A DNA stretch of 64,000 nt, from IMG/VR virus record IMGVR_UViG_2795385957_000001; one strand, given 5' to 3'. The position numbers were made by a program, and so were the translations under genes. The number at the start of each line of letters is the position of its first letter. Positions within the stretch are counted from its first letter, which is position 1. The notes under the pieces are model-generated. The model saw nothing but the letters and a program-made list of their open reading frames with translations, was not told where the DNA came from and did not search any database. Below are positions 9,870 through 20,860 of the stretch, one piece after another. This DNA is from a virus.

Positions 9870-11592
9870 CCGTTGAAAGTGCTGTAGAGCGAATCGTTTA
9901 CGACTGCGCAGCTGACATTGATTTGGAAGAAATCGAGGAGATGTTGGCCTCTGTCCGCAGTCAACTACCCAACCCGGAGTCGGTGTTGCGGCGGTACGAC
10001 AAGTGTGAACTGGAGACCTACACGGCGCTTAGCGCTGAACTCAAGGTCAACCCACGGGCATTGAATGCCGAAATCAAGCACGGATGCGAATTCAACTGGG
10101 ACTCAGATGGCCCCGAATATTCCGAAGATCAAGAAGGGGAGGCGGCGTGATGCTCGCCCTACTCATAGCTATATGCGCGATCGTCTTCCTCACAGTCATT
10201 CTCGGCGGTCTTGGGCTTGGCGGGTGGGCGATGTGGGAGTGCTGGAAAACCGCGCATCGCCCCGGTTATCAGTCCCCGCTAGTGCACGGTTGGGAGGACT
10301 GATGATCCAGATCTACCCAACCCCATGGTGTTACAAGCATGGAGCGTTTCATGAGGATTGCCCGAAGGGTGAGCCGTCGCAGCATGGGCATCTGATCGCC
10401 AACATTATCGGCTTCGTATCCCTTACGGCTGTGATGTTCATTTTCATTGCGGGGCTTTGGTTCTTGGCCGGTGGACGATGAACGCAATTCTCGAATACCT
10501 TGGCGAAAACTGGTTCTTCATCCTGATCTATTCAGCCTTGCTGACCGCGCTGCAGGTCTGCAGCGAAAGGCGCTTACGCTCTGAGAACACCGCCCTGCGC
10601 CGTGAAATCGCCCGCCTCGCTAGGCATCCCTCTACCTATGAGCCTGAACCACTCCCTTATATGCGGAGGTATGCAGACGATGAAGACTGAATGGAATCGG
10701 GTTGGCACCGTGGAGATCCTGCGATTTCGGGTCTATCCGATTGACCCCAATGCACAACACGATCCGCTAGGCACAACGGTATGTGTGGAACCCGGGGCAT
10801 ACCCGCTCTACCGGCGATTTGATGCCTACTGCTGGATAATGACAGGTCAAATCAATCAGCGGCAGGGTAAGCTGGGCGACGGACTCTACGAGATTAACCA
10901 GGGGGACAAGCCCACGGGCCTAGAGGTTCAATTCCCTTCGCGCACATATGGCCCGGATGAATTCGCGGACCTGCTCGATAGCCCTGTAGCCAAAGAGGGT
11001 GAGTCGCAGCGACTCCGCATATTGGTGGAGCGGCGGCACTCCGATGGCTAGGTACACGATCAATCATGACGAGGCTGATGCGCGGGTGTTGTTGATGTGC
11101 GCGGAAATGCTCAAGCACCTAGACCTAGCCGGCCGTGGCGGTGTTGATGTGTCCGCTTCTATTGCCGAGGTTATGGCCAGGCGTGATGAAGTGTTGCGTT
11201 CCAGGGGTATTGAGCCGAACGGGCAGGGGACATGCAAATGAGTGGGTTGAGTGATGTGCAGCGCGGGGCGCTCAAGAGTTGCTTGGAAGAGATCTATTTC
11301 GGGTACGGCGAGAAGGATTGGGAACGCCTCGCCGGTGAAGCTACTGAACGGATCGCGTCTGCGGTGAGGAAGGCGTCATGAGCGACTACATCAAGGATGT
11401 TCTTAAAGACGCTATCGAGGAAGAGCTTTCGTTGGGTGGAGATGCGGGGACTGTGATTGCCCGTATCGGTGAGGTGTTGTCAGAAGAGGGCTACAGGGTG
11501 GTGGCGTTATGAGCAATGACATTCAGCAAGCGATTGCAGTGGCGATAGTGCTTATCTCCGTTGGAATCTTCTATTGGTTGGCGGACCGATGA
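9866..11592 (+). other. Block of small, closely coupled early hypothetical genes (about 9866-10150, 10150-10302, 10302-10481, 10478-10690, 10680-11051, 11044-11241 and three of under 50 aa)
   Basis: Consecutive ORFs with ATGA/TGATG or short overlaps and RBS-like purine runs. Confidence 0.65.
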
Positions 11593-12995
11593 GCAAGCTG
11601 GAACCAACTGAAGCGCAGCGGAAAGCGATGGCCGAAGCTACAGAGGCGTGGAATTGGTATTCCTGCGGCCCCGAGCGGCGTTTGGACATGGTTGACGACA
11701 TGATCGCTGCCGCTAACAGCATCGCCGAGGGGGCACCTGTTGGCACCGTAAAGCAGCGGCCAGATGGGACATTCGTAGCCGTCAGGTGTGGCGATGTGTC
11801 CCCATATCCAGCTAGTTGGGTCTACGTGAGGGTAATGCCGGGGGCGTGTGAGGAACCGTACGGGGATGACGCTGATTCATGGCCCTCTTACGGAGAAATC
11901 ACGCCCGAACCGGAAGGTTGCGGAATCGGACTTGACGGCGAGTGTGAGGGCAAGTGCCGCAAGGGCTACGCGCCTGTTGGCACCATCGCACGACGACCAG
12001 ACGGGGAGTGGATTGCATGGCGCACCGAAGACGGTTGGGGGTACCGGTTCATCGGGGATGAGGAACCGAACGAATGGCCTCCCGGTAGTAGCATCGCCGA
12101 CTTTTGGCCGCAGATCCGCCCCGACGAGTGGCCCGACCAATCAGGGTTGGATTGGTTTCCACCTGGCGAAGAGCCGATTGTGCCTCGTCCCGACCCAACA
12201 GCACAACAGGAACCGCCGAAGGGGCTCTATGGGAAATACCGGGTTGAACGCGTGGACGGTAAACCAATCCGGGCCTGCTTTGTCTTGGAATACCTGGATG
12301 ACCTCCACGCCAATAAGGCGCTTTTGGAGTATGCATTCTCTGTCGAACGGGTAAATCCCGAGTTGGCCAAGGATCTTCGTGCCGAGTGGGGTAAATGGCC
12401 CGGAAGGTCACAACAGGAACCGGGCGAGTCTCTGGCGCGTGGTCTGGACGACCTTGCCGCTGGACGGGTATCCCGTAGGGACGACTACCTGGAGCCACAA
12501 CAGGAACCGGCGACTACGCATCCCGTATCTCCTGAGAGTACGAATTGCGTACCCAAGCCCCGCACACCCCGTGTCGTTGACCGCCTAGGGGTAGACGAGC
12601 GGGGATCGCGGTGGCAGGACGTTTCCGGCCTGGTTTGGTCCTTCAAAAATGGTTGGTGGAGGACCGTGGATGGCGGACTTGACTACGGATGTGTAGACCC
12701 CTCAATAGGAGGTCCCTTCAAGGAAATCCTTGAGCCCCAGCCGAAGGCAGAGGGGGGATCTTCTCCGAAGAGTTCCCCGCGTGTACTTCCGAGTTTGGAT
12801 TGTGAAGAGGCCCGAGACGGCACGGAGTGGAAGTTCCGGCTGAATGGGGAGCCCCGAAGTCTCGTGTATCGAAACAACGGCTGGCGATACGGGGAAGTCG
12901 GCGATCGCATCGGAGGTCGATGCGGAGTGTCCGATGGGCACGCATTCATTCGGGAGTTCGCGCCCTATATCGAAGTTGTCGGTGATCCATCATGA
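11589..12995 (+). CDS. Mosaic multi-module hypothetical protein
   Basis: Repeated APVGT..RPDG units, three QQEP linkers and two PRV...W...NGW units. Confidence 0.8.
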   Translation: MSKLEPTEAQRKAMAEATEAWNWYSCGPERRLDMVDDMIAAANSIAEGAPVGTVKQRPDGTFVAVRCGDVSPYPASWVYVRVMPGACEEPYGDDADSWPSYGEITPEPEGCGIGLDGECEGKCRKGYAPVGTIARRPDGEWIAWRTEDGWGYRFIGDEEPNEWPPGSSIADFWPQIRPDEWPDQSGLDWFPPGEEPIVPRPDPTAQQEPPKGLYGKYRVERVDGKPIRACFVLEYLDDLHANKALLEYAFSVERVNPELAKDLRAEWGKWPGRSQQEPGESLARGLDDLAAGRVSRRDDYLEPQQEPATTHPVSPESTNCVPKPRTPRVVDRLGVDERGSRWQDVSGLVWSFKNGWWRTVDGGLDYGCVDPSIGGPFKEILEPQPKAEGGSSPKSSPRVLPSLDCEEARDGTEWKFRLNGEPRSLVYRNNGWRYGEVGDRIGGRCGVSDGHAFIREFAPYIEVVGDPS

Positions 12996-13116
12996 GTCGT
13001 GGTGTCCGTATGTCCGATTGGCTCGCAACCGATTACCGGCGTCTTTCTGATCCTGGTCCTTGTGTTCCTGACTGGTTTTGGGTTGATGACGAGTACGACG
13101 AGAAGGGGAACCTGCG

Positions 13117-13590
13117 GTGAGTGATAACCGTGACGCCGTAGCGCATGTAGCGATGTACGCCCTCATGGGCAAGGCGCTCAAAGATCAGGAGAACCAAGGC
13201 CGCTCCTACCTTGTGGACTCCATGGAGGTTGGGGATGCGGTAGTGGGGCGGGCTAATGGATTGCCTGTGGGCAGAGCGGTCAAGTCGGTCAGGACTGACG
13301 CGAAAGTTGTTGACGACAAAGCCCTACTGAGGTGGGTGAAGGCTAATCACCCGGACGAGGTGGAGACCGTCGAGCAGGTTAGGCCCGCGTTCCTGGATCA
13401 ACTCAGGAAGGCCGGTGAGCTCTCCGACGGAGAAACCCCTCTCATCGTCCTGGTCGAGGGCAACCCGTACGTGACCGTGAAACCCACCGAGCACACCGAG
13501 CAGGTGATTCGGGAGCTATTGGCCCGCGGGAAGTTCTCACTCGAAGGCCGCGCCGCCTTGGATGCTGCCGTGGTGGAGGTGGAGCAGTGA
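13117..13590 (+). CDS. Conserved actinophage recombination-region protein
   Basis: VVDDKALLRWVKANHPDEV...VRPAF motif, directly upstream of the ERF gene. Confidence 0.7.
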   Translation: MSDNRDAVAHVAMYALMGKALKDQENQGRSYLVDSMEVGDAVVGRANGLPVGRAVKSVRTDAKVVDDKALLRWVKANHPDEVETVEQVRPAFLDQLRKAGELSDGETPLIVLVEGNPYVTVKPTEHTEQVIRELLARGKFSLEGRAALDAAVVEVEQ

Positions 13591-14225
13591 CCACGATCTA
13601 CCAAGCGCTCTCCGAAGTCATGAAGGATGTCGGTGCCGTCCGCAAGGGTGAGCGGAACCAGCAGCAAGGCTTCTCATTCCGCGGCATTGACGCAGTCACA
13701 TCGGCGGTGTATCCAGCTCTCACGAAGCACGGCGTCATCGTTGTCCCCAAGGTCTTGGAATACGAGTACGGAACTGTTGAGGTGGGCCGCAACCGCACCC
13801 TCATGGGCCACGTGCGGCTGACGGTCGAGTTCACCTGGTACGGACCGGAAGGCGATTCGATCACCTCTGTCGCCGCCGCGGAATCCATGGACGCCGGCGA
13901 CAAAGCCACCGCCAAGGCGCACTCAGTGGCTTTCCGCACCGCGATGCTGCAAACCCTCTGCCTACCAACCGACGAGCCGGACCCGGACTCGCAGGTGTAT
14001 GAGCGGTCATCGGCACCCCCAGAGCGCACCGATGTAGACGACGCACTCGATGAGCTCGCCGCGGCCTGCACTGAGTATGGGTGGGACCAACGTGAGACCG
14101 CAGGGAAGTTCTTCTCTGAGCATGGCAAGCCCCCGCGGCAGTGCGCCGCAGATGTGATCCGCAAGTTCATTGGCGATTTGATCAATTCTCACCCCGCGGA
14201 GCGAGCGGAGGCCGCTAGTGCCTAG
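13587..14225 (+). CDS. ERF-family ssDNA annealing protein
   Basis: KGERNQQQGFSFRGID, DAGDKATAKA.S.A and DPD motifs. Confidence 0.88.
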   Translation: MTTIYQALSEVMKDVGAVRKGERNQQQGFSFRGIDAVTSAVYPALTKHGVIVVPKVLEYEYGTVEVGRNRTLMGHVRLTVEFTWYGPEGDSITSVAAAESMDAGDKATAKAHSVAFRTAMLQTLCLPTDEPDPDSQVYERSSAPPERTDVDDALDELAAACTEYGWDQRETAGKFFSEHGKPPRQCAADVIRKFIGDLINSHPAERAEAASA

Positions 14226-14643
14226 GCCGGATATCGGGGATGTGCGCGCCGGCCTGCTAACAGTGAAGCAGGCGGCCAGGATCCGAGGATGTAAACCCAA
14301 ATATCTTGAGCAGTTGGTATGGCAGGCGGTAAAGGCGGATGTCCTGGAACGGGATGGGGCCTGTGTTATCTGCTCCCGCCCGGACGGGGTGTTGGACGTT
14401 CACCACCGCATGGCCCGCGGGAGCGGCGGAACTTCCGTGGCCCATATCGCTTTCGGTATGGCCAATCTGATCACTTTATGCAGAGAGCACCACATGTGGG
14501 TGGAGGGTAACCCCGACGAGGCTCGCGAGCATGGCTGGAAGTTAGACCATGGCGACACCCTGCCGGCGGATCTTGAGGTTCTGAGGTTCGGCGCAACAGT
14601 CCGTCTCTTTGACGACGGCTCTTTCTTGGCGGTGGTGGCGTGA
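14218..14643 (+). CDS. HNH endonuclease
   Basis: RD..CVIC...HHR..RGSGG...NLITLC..HH. Confidence 0.85.
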   Translation: MPRPDIGDVRAGLLTVKQAARIRGCKPKYLEQLVWQAVKADVLERDGACVICSRPDGVLDVHHRMARGSGGTSVAHIAFGMANLITLCREHHMWVEGNPDEAREHGWKLDHGDTLPADLEVLRFGATVRLFDDGSFLAVVA

Positions 14644-15056
14644 TGGCAACGTTTGATCCGCTGAATGTGGAGGCCGCTCTTCAGGGATATCCGGTGTCGT
14701 TGTCAAAACCGGATCGTGTGGTGGCGGCGAAAGCCCTAACCGCTCAAGGGTTGTCCGGGACAGAGGTGGCGCGCCGACTGAATGTTACCGACCGCCAGAT
14801 CGAGCGGTATAAGGCTGAGCCGATGCCTGAACCTGAAGGCCCTCCAGAGGTGGATTACGAGTTCTGCGGCAACGAAAACGTTTTGGTTCGTAAAGCCACC
14901 GAGTTGATCCGGTCTCTGCGAACCAAGGATCACTTGGAGGTGTTGGGGGATTGTGTGGACTTCTGTGCCTGGCATCCGGGTGTAGCGGCACAGGTTATGT
15001 GTGCGTTGGCGTTGTGGGCTGATTCGGGGGAGTGGGCGTTGGGGAGGTCGGCGTGA
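14643..15056 (+). CDS. HTH DNA-binding protein
   Basis: GLSGTEVARRLNVTDRQIERY. Confidence 0.75.
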   Translation: MATFDPLNVEAALQGYPVSLSKPDRVVAAKALTAQGLSGTEVARRLNVTDRQIERYKAEPMPEPEGPPEVDYEFCGNENVLVRKATELIRSLRTKDHLEVLGDCVDFCAWHPGVAAQVMCALALWADSGEWALGRSA

Positions 15057-15201
15057 CTGTTTGGCCTACCTACCACTTCTGCCGTTGTGGTCATCAGAGA
15101 TACCAGCATAACGGTCAATCAGCTGAGTGTTACGGGGCTTTGGATGACGGTGTGACCCTTTGTGATTGCGGAGGGTTTGTTGAAGACAAGAAGGAATGCG
15201 C

Positions 15202-15462
15202 ATGAGCGAGCCTAAGAACGCCAATGAGATCATCACGCAAGCCGCGATCAGATGGTACGGCCCCGCCTTCACCCTTGGCAGCGCCGGATTTGGTGGCTTC
15301 ATCCTTGAAGAACTGAAGGCCAACGGATACGCAGTAGTAGAACTACCGAGATCCCTGCCGGTAACACCGGAGGTGCAATCCGGGTGTGAGCACACATGCC
15401 TTATTGGGTCTGATCTTCTCGCCGCTGCTGCTGCGGCTGCACGTGATTCGGAGGAGCGATGA
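15202..15462 (+). CDS. Hypothetical protein
   Basis: LKANGYAVVELP motif; coupled to the next gene. Confidence 0.65.
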   Translation: MSEPKNANEIITQAAIRWYGPAFTLGSAGFGGFILEELKANGYAVVELPRSLPVTPEVQSGCEHTCLIGSDLLAAAAAAARDSEER

Positions 15463-16187
15463 GCGACCTGCGGGAAGGGCTACTTTTTCCCAACCTCCTA
15501 ACCCGTTCTGAACGTCGTGAATTGGATCGCGAACCAGAGCCCAGATTCCTGTATCAGAGCATGGGCGCGGGGTGGCAGTCGACGGCTATAGCGCTCTTAG
15601 CGGCGCAGGGGGTCATTGAGAAGCCCCGGTTTGCGGTCTGCCGGGGGACTGGCACTGTCCGGAAGGTTGGCGCGCCACCACAAGGGGTGTGGGCGCGCAG
15701 CTACGTGGGCTTCTCTGCTGATGAGATGGGCCGGATATCGCCGTCGCGCGTGTCCTACGCCTTCGACACTTTCCCTTTGGTTGGCAGGGATCAAAACGGC
15801 GAGGTTGTGCCGCCTGATCTTTCAATGTCTCGGCACGACTGCGGTGAGTACAACACGCGTCACGGATTCCCTGAGGTGATGAAGTCGGCGTGTATCGGCT
15901 GTCCGTGGCATTCGGACGCTGAGTGGATCCGCATCAAACAAGATGAGCGGCAGTGGCAGCAGGTTGTTGATCTGGACCGCAGTATCCGAAACACCCCCGG
16001 TTTAGACAACGAAGCCTTTCTCCATAAGAGCCGCATTCCTATTGAGGATGTGACTTTCGAGTCGGCGGATGACGTTGAGCGTCCCAGCTGCTCTCCGTAC
16101 GGATGCCGTAGCGGGCTGGATACCGATTCCGTGGCACCGCCCTCGCTTTTCGATGACGACTGGATCGATCTAGAGGAGACCGCATGA
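15459..16187 (+). CDS. PAPS-reductase/adenine-nucleotide alpha-hydrolase-like protein, probably internally deleted
   Basis: SMGAGWQST, VGFSADE..R and KSACIGCPWH are present; the central segment expected after PRFAV is missing. Confidence 0.65.
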   Translation: MSDLREGLLFPNLLTRSERRELDREPEPRFLYQSMGAGWQSTAIALLAAQGVIEKPRFAVCRGTGTVRKVGAPPQGVWARSYVGFSADEMGRISPSRVSYAFDTFPLVGRDQNGEVVPPDLSMSRHDCGEYNTRHGFPEVMKSACIGCPWHSDAEWIRIKQDERQWQQVVDLDRSIRNTPGLDNEAFLHKSRIPIEDVTFESADDVERPSCSPYGCRSGLDTDSVAPPSLFDDDWIDLEETA

Positions 16188-16333
16188 CCGACCTTTGTTC
16201 CTGCGGCCACGATCTCGATGAGCATCAACGTCACTACGGCACTTGTAAAGCCACTATCCCTGGTTCTTTTGAGCCTCTTTACCGGTACTGCCCTTGTGGG
16301 GGATTTGAGCGCGACAACCAGGAGGCGGTGTAG

Positions 16334-16909
16334 ATGGCCGTCACCAAGAGGCTCAGGTATGAAGTCCTGCGCCGCGACAACTACAGCTGCCGATACTGCG
16401 GGCGCTCCGCTCCTGAGGTGAAGCTGACGGTTGATCATGTTGTCCCAGTTGCCTTGGGGGGTAGTGATGAGCCGTCGAACCTGGTAGCGGCGTGCGCGGA
16501 CTGCAATGCGGGGAAGTCATCCGTGCCGGCTGATGCACCACTGGTAGCTGACGTCACGGCGGATGCCATGCGGTGGTCTCGGGCCATGCAACAGGTGTCC
16601 GACATGCGGATTATGCAGATTCAGTACGACAACGACATCTTGGAGTGGTTCAGTGGCCTATGGGAAGGGTGGACCTATGGCCCTGACAATCTCCCCGTCC
16701 CGGCACCTGACGGTTTCGATAGCGTCCTGACCTTCCTCGCGAATGGGATGAGTCCGGAGGAGATCGACAACCTGGTGCGGGTGGCCATGAACGCCAACCA
16801 CATCCGACCAGAAGCGACATGGAAGTACTTCTGTGGATGCTGTTGGAAGCGCATCCGAGAGAACGTCGAAATCGCCGGGCAGCTCATCGCCGCAGAGGGT
16901 GATGCCTGA
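16334..16909 (+). CDS. HNH endonuclease with C-terminal extension
   Basis: LRYEVLRRD..CRYCG...VDHVVP...NLVAAC..CN.GK. Confidence 0.9.
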   Translation: MAVTKRLRYEVLRRDNYSCRYCGRSAPEVKLTVDHVVPVALGGSDEPSNLVAACADCNAGKSSVPADAPLVADVTADAMRWSRAMQQVSDMRIMQIQYDNDILEWFSGLWEGWTYGPDNLPVPAPDGFDSVLTFLANGMSPEEIDNLVRVAMNANHIRPEATWKYFCGCCWKRIRENVEIAGQLIAAEGDA

Positions 16910-17772
16910 TGGCTAACGCGGCAGGGCTCATCAACGAAGGGTTGTGGCGTAAAGACCGCGACTTCCAACGCCTTCCACGGCTCGTGCAGTGCACTTTCCT
17001 GCAAGTGCTGTCACAGAAGGACTTGGACACCGCCGGCGTTCTGACGCTGCACCTGGAGCTTCTTGCGAAGGGCTGCGATGAGCTGACGACAGAGCAACTT
17101 CGGTCCGACCTCGCAGTGTTAGGGGAGCGCCGGTTTGTGTTCGTGGACTACGACACCGACGAACTACTGATTCGTTCTTACGTGCGCATCGTGAGCGTCA
17201 ATTCACCGAATGCCTGGAGGTCGGTACCGAAGAACGCCCGACTAGTCGCGTCGGAGAAGCTGCGGCACGAGCTGGCGACAGAACTCAGGCGTCTACGGAA
17301 GGCAGATGCCACGGCTCTCGCTAATGAGATAGATCCCCATCCAACCCCGTCTGGACCCCGTCCCGACCCCGTCGAGACCCCATCTGAAGGGGATAACCCA
17401 TCCAAAGGGGGTCCGAACCCCCCCAGTCAAGTACCAGTACAAGTCAAGTCTTCTGTTGGTAATGGGTCACTTTGGGAAGGCGAACCCCCCAGCCCCTACT
17501 GCTCAGATCATCCAAACGGCACACCGCGGGCATGTCTCAAATGCCAGCGCTGCCGCGAGGAATCGGAGCGATGGGTGTCCGGCAAGGCCGCATTCGAGAA
17601 GGCTCTACGCGCAGCAGCTGCCGAACGCCGGCGCAACTGCAAGCTCTGCGGCGGCAGCGGATGGATCGACCTCCCTGACGATTCCGGCGTCACCGACTGC
17701 GAATGCAAGACGCCCTTCCCAAATCTCCAGCTTGTCCATGACGCCACAAACCAAAGGAGGTCGGCATCGTGA
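16909..17772 (+). CDS. Putative replication initiator with C-terminal Zn-binding motifs
   Basis: LW.DRDF..L N-terminus, Pro-rich linker carrying DNA repeats, C..HPNG...C..C and C..CGGSGW...C.C. Confidence 0.7.
   Translation: MANAAGLINEGLWRKDRDFQRLPRLVQCTFLQVLSQKDLDTAGVLTLHLELLAKGCDELTTEQLRSDLAVLGERRFVFVDYDTDELLIRSYVRIVSVNSPNAWRSVPKNARLVASEKLRHELATELRRLRKADATALANEIDPHPTPSGPRPDPVETPSEGDNPSKGGPNPPSQVPVQVKSSVGNGSLWEGEPPSPYCSDHPNGTPRACLKCQRCREESERWVSGKAAFEKALRAAAAERRRNCKLCGGSGWIDLPDDSGVTDCECKTPFPNLQLVHDATNQRRSAS
17344..17384 (+). repeat. Four ACCCC(G/A)TC repeats at 11-bp period (iteron-like)
   Basis: Copies start at 17344, 17355, 17366 and 17377. Confidence 0.7.
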
Positions 17773-20100
17773 CTGCCCAAGCCATAACAGACATCAAAGA
17801 ACTCGTAGGAGAAATGCCAGCGAGGGGATGTGAGTTCGAGGACCATGACGGAAATCTTGTGTGTGACTTGCAGGCTCGCTGGATCGCGCGGTGCCACTAC
17901 GTGGACTGGTCTACGTCAAGGTGCAGCATGGTTACCGTTGCACTGTGTAACAGCCATAAGGAGCGGGTAGCGGCCAACGCTGCAATGTCGGCGAATGGTT
18001 GGCCGTGCGGTGGCTGCCTCCGTGTCCTTTCGCCCAGTGACCTCTTTGGCCCGGTGATGCCGCTATGACCGCCTGGTTTAAACGCACACAGCCCAAACCC
18101 CAACCAGTGGTGTCACTACAACCCCGACCCGGTGAAGAGACCCCTACGGCGTTCCTAGCCCGATTAAAGATTGAATGCACACCCCCATGCCAAGACTGCT
18201 ACAGGCCCGCGGACTTCATGGTCACCATCCACCTCGTAGACCACTGCGACAGACCAGCCGTTGAAGTGTTCATCTGCCGGGAGCATGTCTCCACGATCGG
18301 GAACTGGGTACAAGCCTCGATAGAGACCAGACGCAAAGGAAGCTGCACCTGCTGCGGGCATGAAGTCACAGCACCACACGACCTTATAGAAGACGTGGTG
18401 AAGCTATGAGCAAGTGGAAGATCATGGAGAACATGCCCGGATGGTGGGTTGTTTTACGGCGGGGGTGCATTGCGGACACCGATCACCACCATTTCCCCTC
18501 TGGTGCTGAGGCTATAGCAGCATTCGCGGCAGGTGGAAGATGAGCGACCCAAATCATTGGTACTCGGACGTGAAGCTACCCGACACAGACACCTACGAAG
18601 AGTTCACGGTGTACGTGAACTCGGGTGAGGCATATGACCGTTTCCGCGACTTCTGCCGATCGCTCGGCAGCTCAATCGATTACTCATGGAATGACACTCA
18701 CGATGTCTGACCCTGCAATCGAAGCGAGGGCGAAAGCCATTGCGCGCATTGGTGATGGATTGGCGGGTGTGTCACTCGGGTACGCGGCAGAGTGTGGCGC
18801 CCGTGAGATGGCTAAGACGGTACAGGAAATACACAAACCCGAGCCTGGCCCACTTATCCACGATGACACGCCCTGGACTTGTTGCGCTGAATGTGTCGAT
18901 GAGTGGCCCTGTGAGACCGCTAAACGGGTCTACCCAAGTGAGGAACTAGGACTATGAGTCGAACCAAGCGCCGATTCAAGAATGGAAGCGGAACGCCGAC
19001 ATGTCACGGAATCGTCTGCCACTGCCTTTGCCATGAGGTCTGCTACGGCGGACATGATGACCCAGACTGCGCCTCGCGCAAGGGTAAGCCCCTGGATGTT
19101 CTCGTTCCAATGGTCAATGGAGAGCCGGTGCTCAAATGAGAAACGTGATCACGGTGGGGTTCAAATGACCGATCCGGCAGTAGAGGCTGCACAACGGGCG
19201 TGGCCCAAGGGGAATGGTGCGCGGAAGCTCGTCGTGAATCGACCCCGGATGTACATGGAAGCCGCTGCCCGTGAGGCTTTGAGGCCGATACAGGAGTGGT
19301 TCGGGAAAGTCATGCTGGAAGCCGTCATCGAAGATCTCTATGAACAACTGGATCTGCTGGAATCCCTCCACCCCTTGATTTTCACAACAGAGGAACTAGA
19401 GCGATGAGTGACGAACCTTCGGACGCACATAAGCTCATAGCGGAAGTGATACTTCGTCATCAACCAAACGAGTGGGGGCAGCACGATGGGTGGTGGGAGT
19501 GCTGCTGCCAGCATGGAGGACCGCTGGTGCCGTGGACTCCCGAACACGTTGCCGCCGAGGTGGATAAAGCCCTTGGAGGACTCAACCGGACGTGGGCTGC
19601 TGTATTTCCAGACGGCTCCTACATGACCCCGTACCACGAAGTGTGGAACTTCCACCCCAACAAGAGCGCTCGCGAACTGGCCGAAGGCGATGTAGCGGAA
19701 TATGAAGACACCACCCTTAAGGCTCAATGGGTGTCTGGCTGGACGGTGACCGAATGAATGAGCTTATAGACCGTGCTATCGAAGAGGTGTCGAAGGTTCG
19801 GTTGGGCATCAAGTCCCGAGATCGCTTCTGGACTAGCGACTATCGAGAAGTCTTTCCCCAACTCGCGGGGGTTGATTGGCAGCGAGAGGCGTGGCGCCTT
19901 TGGTGGGTCTCATGACTGACTACCAAGACACCGGTAGCCGGCGGAAACCTACGGCATACACCGAAACCGGGGCCGCGGAGCGGGTGTGCCCGGACTGTAG
20001 TGCCCCAGAAGGACATCCCTGTAGATGGATAGCCATGGATGGGCAGGGGGATTTGGGGAAACCAAGGCATTGGCCGCATGAGACACGTTGGAGGCGTTAG
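17769..20100 (+). other. Block of small hypothetical genes, many Cys-rich (17769-18068, 18065-18409, 18406-18543, 18540-18710, 18703-18957, 18954-19139, 19165-19407, 19404-19757, 19754-19915, 19912-20100)
   Basis: Consecutive ORFs, mostly with 4-bp stop/start overlaps. Confidence 0.7.
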
Positions 20101-20504
20101 TGAGAGAGAACCTTAGGCCCGGTCTCCGCATCATCTCAGGTGCCGTCGACGAGCTGCTGATAAACCATGAGCCCTGGACGGGGTTGGCACCTTGCTCCCA
20201 GACCGACCCTGAAATCTTTTTTCCTGAAAAAGGCGGCTCAGTGAAGGAGGCCAAGGCTATATGTGCCACATGTGAAGTGATCGAGCAGTGCCTTCACTAC
20301 GCCCTGATCAATGACGAACGGTACGGGGTGTTCGGCGGTAAGAGTGAGCGTGAGCGGCGAGCGATGAAGCCCCGTAAATGCCACGAATGCGGAAACCCTG
20401 TGTTGGGTAAGGCCATCCGCTACTGCTCTACGGAATGTAGCGCGGCGGGCGCTCGCCGGGTGCGTAGTGAGATTGAGCGGCGCAGAAAGGCTAGGGCGAT
20501 CTGA
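20088..20504 (+). CDS. WhiB-family transcription factor with a C-terminal Zn finger
   Basis: C..TDPEIFFP...C..C.V...CL.YA...GVFGG, then C..CG...YCS..C. Confidence 0.9.
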   Translation: MEALVRENLRPGLRIISGAVDELLINHEPWTGLAPCSQTDPEIFFPEKGGSVKEAKAICATCEVIEQCLHYALINDERYGVFGGKSERERRAMKPRKCHECGNPVLGKAIRYCSTECSAAGARRVRSEIERRRKARAI

Positions 20505-20818
20505 TGACGCACTCAAGCCCTACCGACTGGATAGCCGGGGGAAGTGTCGCCGCGGACATCGTTGGATGCCTCACTGGTTTGGTCGCGGACCTGTCGTGGC
20601 AAGACGAAGCGGCGTGCCGTGGGCTCCCTACGGAGTGGTGGTTCCCGGATCAAGGGGGCAGCCGGGAATGTAAGCGGGCCAAGGAAATCTGCCACGGCTG
20701 CCCCGTCAAACTCCAATGCCTCCAATTCGCCATAGAGGTACACGACCAGCACGGTATTTACGGGGAGCTGTCATTGAAGGACAGGCGTAGGTGGAACCAG
20801 GAAAGGAAAGCGGGCTAG
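20504..20818 (+). CDS. WhiB-family transcription factor
   Basis: W...AAC...WWFP...C.GCPV...CL.FA...GIYG. Confidence 0.9.
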   Translation: MTHSSPTDWIAGGSVAADIVGCLTGLVADLSWQDEAACRGLPTEWWFPDQGGSRECKRAKEICHGCPVKLQCLQFAIEVHDQHGIYGELSLKDRRRWNQERKAG

Positions 20819-20860
20819 ACACCGCGAATGTCGGTGTATCGGAGGATAATTGAGGGTATG
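20816..20860 (+). promoter_or_regulatory. Conserved stop-to-start element, copy 2
   Basis: TAGACACCGCGAATGTCGGTGTATCGGAGGATAATTGAGGGTATG; the TAG is the whiB stop. Confidence 0.75.

Noticed and set aside
9669..12509. Repeats as a diversity-generating retroelement TR/VR pair
   Set aside because: No reverse transcriptase is recognisable and there is no adenine-specific mismatch pattern.
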